This document shows, piece after piece, positions 52,041 to 64,000 of a stretch of 64,000 nt of DNA. The position numbers and the translations under genes are program-made. The stretch is from Octopus sinensis (Eukaryota). A model generated the notes under the pieces. The model worked only from the letters and a program-made list of their open reading frames with translations, searched no databases and had not been told where the DNA came from. Every line of letters starts with the position of its first letter. Positions within the stretch are counted from its first letter, which is position 1. The stretch spans positions 40,920,001 to 40,984,000 of the forward strand of contig NC_043001.1 in assembly GCF_006345805.1 (NCBI RefSeq). The letters run 5' to 3'.

Positions 52041-53035
52041 TTATAATATATTTTTAATTAATCATTATATAATAACGTTAATTCCTATTAAAGTGTTTAA
52101 TATAATGAGTAAGTACTTCATTATAGTTATGTAAAGTATCCAAGCTTCAATTAAGCATAACATAGAATCCTTATCAATAATTTTTATTCTTTAACTATCC
52201 ACTGAGATCGTCAAGAATTGTTTATTTTATTAATTATGCTTATTATCTAATAATCTTAATTCCTATAAAAGGGTGTGATATACCCTTTAAATAGGTATTT
52301 AGTTACCTTATCTGTTATTTTTATTCTTTAGGTATCCAGCATAGTCATCAATAATATACTATTATTAATTATAATAATTTTCAGTTATTATATAATAAGG
52401 TTAACTCTTATATAAGAGCTTATTATAATGAAAAATAAGTATTTGGTTGTCTTTTCGGTAATATTTATTTTTTAATTATCTAGTGAGGCCTTCGATGGTT
52501 GTGTATGTTGTTGAATACAATATTTTTTCAGTTATTATAAAATAAGGTTAATTTCTGTAGAAAGGTTTATTATATTAAATAAATAAATATGTAATTAATT
52601 ATTGTGATGTAAAGTATCTAAGTTTCTATTAAGTATTAGGTAGAATTATTGTTTGTAGCTTTTATTTTTTAGTTATCTATTAAGCATTATGTAGAATTCC
52701 TGTCTGCAGTATCCAGTGACATCATCAATATTTGTAGATAAATATATTCATTTTTTACATAATGTTTTAGGGTTTTTATTTTTCTATGTAAATTTCAAAT
52801 TGTCAAAAAATATGGAATTAGTATGGTATTTTTTATATTTTATTTTTATAAAGTAAATTAGTTATTGAAAGACGTCACTCTTGGTTGACTGAATGAATGT
52901 CTATAGTTAAATTTGATTTTGTGTTTCTTTTTGTTAGCATTTTTTAACAGCTAAAACTTTTTCAGATGTTCAGTTAGAATTTCACATGTAAAAAGATAAG
53001 GCAGATTTAAAATTTTCAGATGATTAATAATCAAG

Positions 53036-53066
<31 letters not shown>

Positions 53067-53068
53067 GC

Positions 53069-53637
53069 TTGAGGAGACCTATTGTGTCAAGTTCATCAAC
53101 ATCAAAATAAAAATTGTATGGATATTGCAGTTGTGATACCTGTGCCGGTGGCATGTAGGGCCTCACAGAGGAAATGACGAATATCAAGACCTCTGAGATA
53201 TGCTGTGAAGACCTGACAAATAAAGTGAGTTCATGGCTCGCAGGACGGCCTGCTATGCTAACCTTGGATAGTAGAGTGACCCGCTGTTCTTGAGGAGACC
53301 TATTGAGTCAAGTACATTAACACCAACATCAAAATAAAAATCAAATGGAAATTGTAGTTCAGATACCTGTGCCGGTGACACGTAAAAAGCACCGTCCGAA
53401 TGTGGCCATTTGCCAGCCACCTCTGGCCCCTGTGCCGGTGGCATGTAAAAAACACCCACTACACTCATGGAGTGGTTGGCGTTAGGAAGGGCATCCAGCT
53501 GTAGAAACACTGCCAGATCAGACTGGAGCCTGGTGCAGCCTCCTGGCTTCCCAGACCCCAGTCGAACTGCCCAACCCATGCTAGCATGGAAAACGGACGT
53601 TAAATGATGATGATGATGATGATGATGATGATGGTGG

Positions 53638-53682
<45 letters not shown>
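53069..53682 (+). mobile_element. RTE 3' end with partial tandem duplication and long (GAT)n tail
   Basis: 53069-53157 is repeated at 53290-53385, with the ORF terminus GLTEEMT between the two copies. Standard RTE tail. Confidence 0.8.
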
Positions 53683-53683
<1 letters not shown>

Positions 53684-55973
53684 ATTGCAATAGAGTAAAC
53701 TTACTCAGATTACATAGACTCAAAGAATTAGAGGGGACAAGGTATGGCATTACAAGTCTGACAGCTGTTTCTGGGGGCTTGGAGTTACTTCATAATGTTG
53801 GCAGATGTAGTTCATCAAAAATTTGCAGCCAGTAATGGAAGCAAATAGTCATTGGTAAAATCCAGAGACTCCTTCATCAGAGTGGATAGATAAGAGTCTC
53901 CATGCCCATCAGGAAGAAACACTGCAGACATTCTGAGGATGTCATGATACCCTAAATTTTTGGACAAGGTCTTAGGCTTACTTCAGACGTCGTGTGAAGC
54001 TGTTGGAGACTGTAATCAAACCCTAACAGGAGAAGGTTACTGCTGGCAGGCTATATGTGAGGCAACAAAATTCAGTTTCTTGCCATTCCTCCGAAAAGGT
54101 TTAAAACAGGTTGATGAAGAATTTCTACAACTTCACCAGCCCCAATTTTTGACCTCCTAATTCCCCTAGTTATAATCTCATGGATTACAATGCGTGGTGC
54201 AAGGTTGAGGAAGGAACTCAACCACTCTGTGTCTAGAGTAGAAAAGAATAATGTATATACATGTGTGTGTGTGTGTGCCTTGACAACCAGTTTTGGTTTG
54301 TTTATGTCCCTGTAACTTAGTAGTTTGGTGAAAGAAATAGATAAAATAAGTACCAGACATAAAAGATAAATACTGATCTGTTTTGTTTGACAGAACCTTT
54401 CAAGGCAGTGTCCCAGTATGGATGCAGTCCCATGACTGAAACAAGTAAAAGAAAAAAAAATCACCTTTGATATTTCTTGATATGTTTTTTAGATCCATTA
54501 TCTTGCTGGATTGTTGTTACTATGCTGTAATCCTATTTCATCTGTCTTGTAATATAAATGTCTCTAAAAAAGGGTACAATGACCCAAAAACCTCAACCTC
54601 CAATGAATAGCAACTAAATCTCCCACAATTCACACCCTGCCATCTTACAAAAGGAAGGATCCATAAAGCAATTCATTCTTAGATGCATTTTACCTGAAAA
54701 TTAGATAAAGTCAGAACTCCCCAACTCATAGGTTTACTTCAACAAAGTTAACCTGGAGCTAAGCAGTAACAACAAAAAAATTCAAACATTACTACATCAC
54801 CTAAAAGGTTCTGAAACCCTTCTGTTTACAAAAGAAATCAATAATAATTTCCTCTTGGTGGCAGCAGATGATTGCCATAGTCTAGTTTGTCAAAATACTT
54901 CTGTCTGATATCTTTATATTCTTCCTTTAATTTTGATAAAAAATTAAAAAATGTTCAGTGCTTGCAAAACAATCATTGAGTGATTGACTGAGTAACTGCA
55001 TCATCAGTTGTTTATTTGATTGATTGTCTGATAGAACACTGGGGAAAATAAATTAAAAGAAAACTAATTTTCAATATAGCTCTTGATACAATTAACTATT
55101 TGACAAACTAATTTTTGCTCCTTCACTTTTTAATTTTTCTTATTCAGTTCCATGCAGAATTATCCTTAAGCAATATCTATGGAGCTTCACTGAAATTATT
55201 TTTTAATATTTAATGTAAATGTGTCTGGTGGTATTTATTGATATTTATAATCTCCATAATCATATAGGTTCATAATACTAAACACATGAGAGGAAATAAA
55301 CCATCAACATAATGTCCCCCTCATTTTGTCTTTTTTTTTGGTGTAATGATAAGACATGTAATCAACTATAAAATGCCAAAATAGGTCAAGGACAAGACAT
55401 TTAGACTAGTTTTTTTACTGCTCAGTTACACAGAACAATGTTGTTACCACATACACATTAACATCCTAAAACAACCATCCAGCTGATTAGCAAACATTTA
55501 CTTACCAACATTCTACACCCACTAGTCTACAAATGTGCTGTTTCTTCTGTGCCTTTTCTGAAACAGCATCTTCTTCTCTGAATGAGAGAGTTGCATTCCA
55601 CTTCCACTCATAATCCTTCCATACTTTCTATTGTTATCCCCACTGTGCTGTGCCTCAATATCCTCTCCTAAACCTGGCACTCAATTCTTCTCATTCAATT
55701 CTTCTCCTACGACTACAGTCTTTTCAAATTCTCTCTTTGATTTCCATCTCCCCTTATGTGCATCAATCAAAAGAGCTTCAAGATTTCCCCAGACTGGAAG
55801 GACCTACACAGTATATAGGTGCCACCCCTTCCCCCTCCTCCTCCTCACCACCACCACCACTACCAACTCTATCATTTGACTCTAAAAATAATTTTAAAGA
55901 ATGGTTGTAGGGATTAGATTTCTAATGTCAAGTCGATTATTTTACAAAACTGACATTTTATAATCCTCTAGAA

Positions 55974-56100
55974 CAGTGGTTCTCAACCATTTTTCACCTG
56001 TAGACCTCTTTGATTCCTATTTCACCCTGATGGACCCTTTGAGCCATTCAATGTTTTAAAAATCATATTATCTTAAATATTATTAGGAATTGTATAAAAA
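55974..56100 (+). mobile_element. Left end of a hAT (Charlie-like) non-autonomous element
   Basis: CAGTGGTTCTCAACC terminus preceded by CTCTAGAA (NTCTAGAN target). Right end not found. Confidence 0.55.
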
Positions 56101-56904
56101 AAAATAGTAGGATGATGTTTATACCAGTGCATATCTGAGGTGATAGGCTGCACACGTGAATTTCTTTGTTGGAAACATGGTGGTACCATCTGATGTTCTC
56201 AATAATTCTAATCCAACACAGTAGCTTCAGGCTAGAAGAGGCCTCTTGGCAGGCCCCACACCAGATAGCTGGATGTGATTGGGAAAGATCTTCGGAGCAT
56301 GAACGTTACCATGGAGGATGCAAGGGGGCTGGCATTGGACTGCCAGTGATAGAGAGACCTGATATGTAATTTAAATATCTTATGGTCGATGATGATAGCT
56401 ATGGCTGGGATACAGGTTAAAATGCCTTGTTTAATTAATTACTCTCTTACTAACTAGGTTTGTCAAGCACAGTTGTACCAACAACAAAAACAACAAGCAA
56501 TAAAGGATTAGAGGTTAATATCAAATGGTAAGATACTCCTGAAGCATCCAAGAAAACTTACATTCTACCATCTAGATGACATAACTATTACTGGAAAAGA
56601 ATATGTCAATCTGTCTAATAGTGGTTTAGGATTAGAAGAGATGGAATACATTTCAAGATCTACTGCCTCTGTTGGAAACAGCAGTTCATGTTTATTTTTC
56701 TTTCCCTTCTGATAAGAATGGCATTTTATTTAAGGTAGTGGAAGTATATATAAGAAGAGAGTTGTTATTTGGCAATAAAGCATAACCAGCAGTTGCTGGA
56801 AGGTGTGGATGATGAGGAGGGGCTAAGAAGCAATGTTGGTTATGATGATGATGATGATGACGACGACGACAACGACGGGGAGGAGGGAGGAGGGGAGGGG
56901 AGGA

Positions 56905-57027
56905 GGACCCTGAAAGGATGAAAGATAAAGTCAGCCTCAGTGGAATTTGAACTCAGAATATAGTGACAGACAAAATACCTCAAAGTATTTTTCCTGGTGT
57001 GCTAATGATTCTGCCAGCTCACCGCCT
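56905..57027 (-). mobile_element. Nin/Deu-like SINE 5' half
   Basis: gaaaggatgaaag..gaatttgaactcagaa..ctgccagctcaccgcctt. Confidence 0.75.
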
Positions 57028-57289
57028 TATACAGAAACAATTTTGAGATGATGGAATACATATCACAAAAGAAACAAACAAAAACTTAAGCAGAAAACAC
57101 CAACAGACTGCTATTGAAAACATCATCAGACATCTAAAGGACACATAGGATATTTTGATGTTTTGCCAGAACATAAAATTAAAAAGACCATGATTCACAA
57201 TGAATATGTGATTAAGCATCCTTCAACAAGACCTTTCCAAATGACCTCTTTCACTTTCTTTTTCCTGGCCAATATGACAATACTCACAG

Positions 57290-58825
57290 AAGGATGCATA
57301 AATGTAAGTGGTCTTGGTTCAGCTTAGAGGAAATGTCATTTGTTTAATGATCTCAAATCACTAGATAGATATAATAGACATCAAAAAGATCAAGATTTCT
57401 GAGATGAATGCATTTGCACCCAACTTCAATAACTACAAAGTGTGTGCATCTTTTAGCCAGGATCAGAAGGTGGAGTGGTAGTGTTGTTTCAGTAAAGTTT
57501 GGATTTCAAGGGGTGGATGAGCCTCTTAGGCTTGGAAAGTAGGTTAATAGTGCTGGACACAAACTGCTGCAAAGATAATAGGAACAGGACTACCAAACTT
57601 CTTCAGATCTCTGAAAGCTTTTCTGAGAATTTCCTGCTCTTTAGTGAGAAACTGGAATGGCATTTTAGATGCATACAAGGATTGTATATGGTTAGCTGAT
57701 AGGAGAGGGTCTGACTAGATTTTTCAGATGGTGCCCAGGAGCAATTACATCGGGTCATCCAAATCATATCTAGATAGGTTAGGTTGGCACATAGGGATAG
57801 TGCAGGGTGTGTACAACTTAAAGTGGATGGCTACACAGATCACAGGTTTGTGGTTTGCATGATAAACCAAGGCAAAACTCCTAGACAGGGCCTCAAATGC
57901 TAGATTAGTAAAGTTTAGTAAAGAAGAAGCAATAGAGAAAAATAGTTTAGGGTGGGGAATAGTGAACAAATTTGGGGAGGAAAGATATAACCAATGTGCT
58001 AGTTATCAGAATGGCACTCAACCATTTATTCAGCAGTAAACAGAAAGTTTGTATTGTCAGAGTTAAGGTGCATACTTTTAGCCATGAAGGAATGAATGAA
58101 TGCTGGGTGAAAGGGGTGTGAAGTTGCAACAAAGCTACAATCCAGTCTTTAATGGACTTGAATTGGTGTGTAATATTTGATTCCAAAAAGCTTTATATGG
58201 CTTTCCAGTGACACCTTGTTCAACTGTTCAAGGTGAATAGTGGACTGGAGTTAGTAGTGGACTTTACTACCGACTTTGATAGCCTTTTGTAGCCTTCAAA
58301 GAAGATGTGGAATTCTGTAACAGCAACTAGGATGCAAATGGCAGCAAGTGGCTGCACAAGGGGTAAATTGCCTGGTTTAGATGGTCTTTCTAATGAAATT
58401 TATGAATATATGCTCAATTTGTTTTCTATCTCTTGACAGATATCTGCTGCAATTGGTAGCAGAACAGGAGAATTTCTAATTAACTGAACCATTGAATAGT
58501 AGTTCTGTTGAAGAAGTACTTGAACTATGGGTATATTATTGATAGTTTCTGAATGCAGAGTTTAAAATTTTGACCAAGGTGTTAGCAAAGAGGTAAGTGA
58601 TTGTTGCTGATAGATTAGTGAATTAAGTGCCAACCTGCACAATCTTAAGTAAATCTACCTGTGGCAACCTCCACAAGTGCCAACCTGCACAATCTTAAGT
58701 AAATCTACCTGTGGCAACCTCCACCTCATGCAATACATCATAGACAGGGTTACAAGTTCAACATGGTAGAATTCTGATCAATTTGAACTAATCAAAAGCC
58801 TTTGTTAGAGTTAATCATCCAGCAT
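57290..58825 (+). mobile_element. Highly decayed L1/Tx1-clade LINE ORF2
   Basis: In order: INVSGL, RLIVLD, WNGILD, SYLDR, GYTDHRFV (APE); GKLPGLDGLSNEIY, NAEFKILTKVLAKR, SKAFVRVNH (RT). Exact 50-bp tandem duplication at 58625-58724. Confidence 0.8.
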
Positions 58826-59369
58826 AAAATTCTCATCCAGTTTTTCAAAAGCTAGCATCTACATCGTGGACCCAAAAGTTAAGTTTTTTTGCCTGACAGA
58901 GTTATTTTGCAAATCCACTGCCACTTCAATTGTCCACACCATACAATTAAGTCAAATCCTAAGTCTCAGCTTTTGAAAATAAAATAGATTTGTACTGACA
59001 TAGGAAATTATTGAAAACATGCAAATGATGTTGAGTGCCATTATATGAAATGCATTTATAGTGAACCACAACTGAAGGAATTCACAAATGACATAGCTAG
59101 AATTAACCATGACAGTCAAACTTTCATACCTAATTATACCAGTCAAAGTAAAATTTCTGACTGAAATCCTTTAGTTAATAACTGACGCTGAAATTTTACT
59201 GGTGTTTCGAAAGTGTTGCATGACAGTTATCAACATATTTCACATATCCTCATTTCAAAGAAATACTTACTTATCCATCTATTGTAGCCTTTAGATGTAG
59301 GAAAAATACAAAATAAATACTAACTAGTACCTCTAGTCATAATTAAAACCTCATTAGATTTTCTGAGTG

Positions 59370-59770
59370 CTGTGCCCCTAAAAGCAGTCACAAAAGAGTT
59401 AAGCCCCTTTTCATTATACAACAGCATGAGTCAGGTCATCCTCATCACAAATTCTAACAGAAATGTTATGAATTATACAGGAGATGGGACCAGTAATAAT
59501 TCCCATTTAGTGTGTGCAGCTGAATGCACCAAACACAACTGGATTTATGTTGATTATGCAAGAGAAAAATTAAACAAAAAATTTAGTGGGCATAGGTATG
59601 ATGTCGGAACTTGCTGAATATTTCACATCAAACAATTGTAACTCTGACAAACACTTGAAAGTATGCATTCTCAGAAAATATTCTGACTCCACTGAAGTCT
59701 CACTTTTCAAAATTCATGAGGATAAATATATTTGTGAATTACTAATGTCTCACCCTTGAGAGATGAATAA
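59370..59770 (+). mobile_element. Penelope-like GIY-YIG remnant (different family)
   Basis: LVCAAECTKHNWIYVDYAREKLNKKFSGHRYDV fits IYA..C......Y.G.T...L..RF..HR; downstream LKVCIL. Confidence 0.65.
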
Positions 59771-60272
59771 AATGACAGGAGAGTTTCATTAGATATATTA
59801 AAAACTTTTTGTCTAAGTATTCTCTTCCTTTTTTGTTTTTCTTTTACTATTTTCTTTATTCTCTTTTACTCCTTGTTTTGACCAGTTACGAACAAGCAAA
59901 AATTGATGACGTCTTTTTTTATCTAGGAAGGAACACAGGATAGTCCAGTTGAAATTTATTTTTTCATTTTCCATTAGTCTTGTTTCATTTTGAAAATGAA
60001 GAAGATAGACAAACTGTTCAAATATTGTTCAGATCCATAAATAATGTCAATCTGTGTTTTGCTACAAATCACATCATCCCCTTCTAATTGTGAGTTTACT
60101 TTCCTTAAGAGTTGTATCAATCTTCATAAATTATTGTTGACTTTGCCTTTCATCCTTTTGGGATCAATAAAATAAATACCTGTTGAGCACAGGGACCAAT
60201 GTAATCAACTATCCCCTTGTCCACAAATTCCAGGCCTTGTGCCTATAGTAGAAAGGACTATTATTATTATTA

Positions 60273-60312
<40 letters not shown>

Positions 60313-60544
60313 GGCGTTAGGAAGGGCATCCAGCCGTAGAAACACTGCCAGATTTGACTGGGCCTGATGAAGCCTTCTGGCTTCACAGACCCCAGTAGAA
60401 CCGTCCAACCCATGTTAGCATGGAAAGCGGACGCTAAACGATGATGATGATGATGATGATGATTATAAATGTCACACAGCATACAATATTGTGAGGTTGT
60501 TGATTGAAAATATAGTGTCTGCCAAGGGTTTATACTGTTTGTCA

Positions 60545-60720
60545 AGTACAACAAGGACCTCAAACAGACAGTACATTATGCAATATACATGAAGTTCCAA
60601 GTAATGCTGACTTTTGCAATACATCAGGAATGTAGGGTATTTCTAAGGTTTTTAGATGGGTTTTTTTTCAAATTGGGTGGTATTGAATCCAATGCTCCAA
60701 TGACTATAGGGATAACCTTA
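60545..60720 (-). mobile_element. R4/Dong-like REL element C-terminal fragment
   Basis: Reverse complement encodes KVIPIVIGALDSIPPNLKK..VLQKSALLGTSCIL. Confidence 0.7.
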
Positions 60721-60904
60721 TCATTATTATTATTATTTTTTATTATTATTATTATTTTATTATTATTATTATTATTTCTCCGAGGTCAACTTTACTGTTC
60801 ATCCTTTTGGGGTCGATAAAATAAGTACCAGTTGAACACTGGGGTCAATGTAATCAGCTCATCTCCTCCCTCAAAATTGCTGCCCTTGTGGCAAAATTTG
60901 AAAC

Positions 60905-60961
<57 letters not shown>

Positions 60962-61022
60962 ATTTTATTATTATAAGGCTGGTGGATTGGCATAATTAGT
61001 TAAGCCGTATTTAGATACCCAT

Positions 61023-61515
61023 GGAGGCACAATGGCCCAGTGGTTAGGGCAGTGGACTCGCGGTCGTAGGATCACGGTTTCGATTCCCAGACCAGGCATT
61101 GTGAGTGTTTATTGAGTGAAAACACCTAAAGCTCCAAGAGGCTCCAGCAAGGGTTAGTGTTGAACCTTGCTGTACCCTTTCACCACAACTTTCTCTCAAT
61201 CTTTCTTCCTGTTTCTGTTGTACCTGTATTTCAAAGGGCCAGTCTTGTCACACTGATTCTCCCCAAAAACTACATTAAGGGTACACGTGTCAGTTGAGTG
61301 CTCAGCCACTTGCATGTTAATAATTGAGCTGCAACGTCACTGGTGCCAAGCTGTATCAGCCTTTGCCTTTCCCTTGGATAACATCGGTGGTGTGGAGAGG
61401 TGAAGCTGGTATGCATGGGTGACTGCTGGTCTTCCATAATCAACCTTGCCCAGACATGTGCCTCAGAGGGTAACTTTCTAGGTGTTATTCCATAGTCATT
61501 CATGACCGAAGGGGA
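61023..61515 (+). mobile_element. Long tRNA-derived SINE, same head as 39413 with a third tail type
   Basis: Head nearly identical to 39413; the body then diverges after ctctttcttc. Confidence 0.85.
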
Positions 61516-61720
61516 TCACAACACGATTTAGTTACCCATTACGTTCTAATTTCTAATTCTGCTAAGATCACCTTCGCCTTTCATCCTTCTGGAACAGTTA
61601 AATAAAATACCCCAGTCAAGTATTGGGGTAGATTTAAGTGACTCATCCAACTCAAATTTTAACATTGTGCCCATATAAAAAATTATATATCAGTATGTAA
61701 AACATTTTTATACACTTACA

Positions 61721-61764
<44 letters not shown>

Positions 61765-62397
61765 CTTATATGTGTGTGTGTGTGTACACATATCCCTAAG
61801 TTTATTCATTTAAAAAAAAATTTGTCTTGTTTAAACTTTATGCAAGGCAAAAAATCTAGATCGTTTTCTGATTAAAATGTTTATTTTCGCGAATTTTGTT
61901 GTCTTTTTTTTTTTGGTTGTATTTTTCTTACATATCCTGAAAAATATTTCTATTGTCTGTAGGATGTGTATGTATGTCTATATATCCCATATTGAAAACA
62001 ACTTTTGTAGGAGTGCTGTGACTTTTGATAAGCATTCCTTTGTCATATTGTAAGTTGAAAGGCTCTCCTAACTGAACAAATTGTGGTGGGTTGGTAGAGG
62101 GGATGAGAGCCTCTGGGTAGAGATTAACAACTGGAAGTGGAATAGTTTGAATGTAGAAGTAGGAGCAGGGAATAAGTCATTTGCATAATGACAGTCTAAG
62201 GTTTAGAGAGGGAGAAAGAGAGAGTAAATGGGAGAATAACAAAGACAGAGAGAATGAAACAGAGAGAAAGAGCTTAAGGGAGATATAAATGTAAGTGGGT
62301 GAATTAAATGAAAATGAAGAGCAGAAAGTGTGAAAAGTTTTCAGAAAAGAAATTAGAGAAAGAGAGAGAGAGAGAGAGAGAATGTGTGTGTGTGTGT

Positions 62398-62436
<39 letters not shown>

Positions 62437-62646
62437 AAAAAGTGAGAGAAAATTATTGAAAGATAGAAGAAAAAGGAGTGTAAAGTAGAAAGTAATAGGA
62501 AGAGAAGGAATGAATGGAAATAAAAAGAATAGGAAGTGTGGGCAACTTATTGATTCATGTGTGTGTGTGTGTGTGGTGTGTGTGTGTGTATGTGTGTGTG
62601 TGAGATATATCCACAAATATATAGATGTGTATGTATGCATGCATGC

Positions 62647-62742
<96 letters not shown>

Positions 62743-62789
62743 GTATATATGAATATAAATATTTATCAGACTATGACGCTATCACTGTA

Positions 62790-63240
62790 TCAACCGGACC
62801 ATCAGATGATGTCATACACTGCTGGTCACAATGCTCTTCCGATTCTGTCTTCATTCTGCCTTTCTTTACCATCTTGACCCAAATTTCTTGCCTAAATCGT
62901 CTTCTCATAATCATGGAGGCCTTCCAAGTGGCGTTTTCTGATATCTTGGTTACCACTATGCAACTGAACAGCTTCATCTGTTGCCTGTGAACTTTGCAAT
63001 ATGTTTGGCCCAGCGGAACTTCTGCTTTCAATTCTCAAATTATCTCATTTAGACTATGCTCTATCAATGATATTCTTAGCATGGCTCTTTCCATGGTCCT
63101 TTGCATCATAGTCAATTGATGTTCTATCCTTTTTCATAGTAGCCCATGTCTTACTTGCATATAAGAGCAAAAGTAGGATGGTGCTATTGAACAGTCAGGC
63201 ACGTATCACATTGTCTAACTTTGCTTGGAGCACATCCTTG
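62790..63240 (-). mobile_element. RTE-clade LINE C-terminal fragment (different family)
   Basis: Reverse complement encodes LFNSTIL..LLYASKTW, RTMERAMLRISL, KFRWAKHIAKFTGNR. Confidence 0.8.
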
Positions 63241-63242
63241 AT

Positions 63243-63243
63243 G

Positions 63244-63277
<34 letters not shown>

Positions 63278-63686
63278 TGTATGTATGTATGAATGTATGT
63301 ATGCATGCATGCATGTATGTATTTGTGTATGTATGTATGTATGTATGTATGAATGCATGCATGTATGTATGTATGTATGTATGTATGTATGTATGTATGT
63401 ATGTATGTATGTATGTATGTATGTATGTATGTATGTATGTATGAATGTATGTAAGTATGTATGCATGTATGAATGTATGTAAGTATTATTTATGCATGTA
63501 TGTATGAATGTATGTAAATATTATTTATGCATGTATGTATGAATGTATGTATGTAAGTATGTATTTATGTATGTATGCATGCATGTATGAATGTAAGTAT
63601 GTATGTATGTATGAATGTATGTAAGTAGTTATGTATGTATGTATGTACATATGCATGTATGTATGTATGTTTGTATGTATGTATGT
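63243..63686. repeat. (TATG)n degenerate microsatellite
   Basis: Read directly from the sequence. Confidence 0.95.
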
Positions 63687-64000
63687 ACACAGTATAGTTA
63701 CAAAATTTGCAACCACATAGTTTCAGGTTCACCCCTATTGCTTGACACTGTAGGAGGTTGTCCTCTACTATAGCCTTGTGAACAAAACTGGTTGGTGGAG
63801 ACAACAAAGAAGTCCATTGTATCCATATGCATATGCACGCACACACACATACACACAATAATATATATATGTGTGTATATATGAGGGAATGAGGGAAGTG
63901 GTAGTGAGAGGAGCACTGTACTATGATTAGCACCATCAAAGCAAAAGATGGTAACATTGTTTACTTTATCTGTGGATTACATTCTTCATGCTTCAGCAGA

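Noticed and set aside
53253-53750. 165-aa ORF with a poly-His tract (and ORF 116-577)
   Set aside because: Antisense reading of the RTE 3' UTR and (GAT)n tail.
55507-55560. Possible small minus-strand exons at GTAAGT donors (~55506, ~59270)
   Set aside because: Weak acceptors and no recognisable peptide; such signals are expected by chance in AT-rich DNA.

Overview
This is AT-rich, repeat-dense eukaryotic genomic DNA. The SINE/LINE repertoire and the (TA)n, (TATG)n and (GAT)n load most resemble a coleoid cephalopod (Octopus-like); that assignment is my inference. I could not identify an intact host gene. The window is mostly decayed transposable elements: several RTE LINEs (one family with a PHD finger inside its RT domain), a 5'-truncated CR1-like LINE with a 717-aa ORF, L1/Tx1, R4/Dong-type and Penelope (GIY-YIG) remnants, three mariner remnants, MITEs, and many modular tRNA-derived SINEs that share LINE 3' tails. 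A CpG-retaining, promoter-like block lies at about 9.7-11.8 kb, and there are a few weakly supported minus-strand exons. The most notable unannotated signal is a set of type I hammerhead-ribozyme motifs from several different repeat families. They include an extended, nearly canonical inverted pair (9309-9396 +, 12235-12322 -) that brackets the CpG-rich block, and others sitting in fold-back inverted repeats near Penelope remnants. All folds were done by eye and none has been tested for activity.
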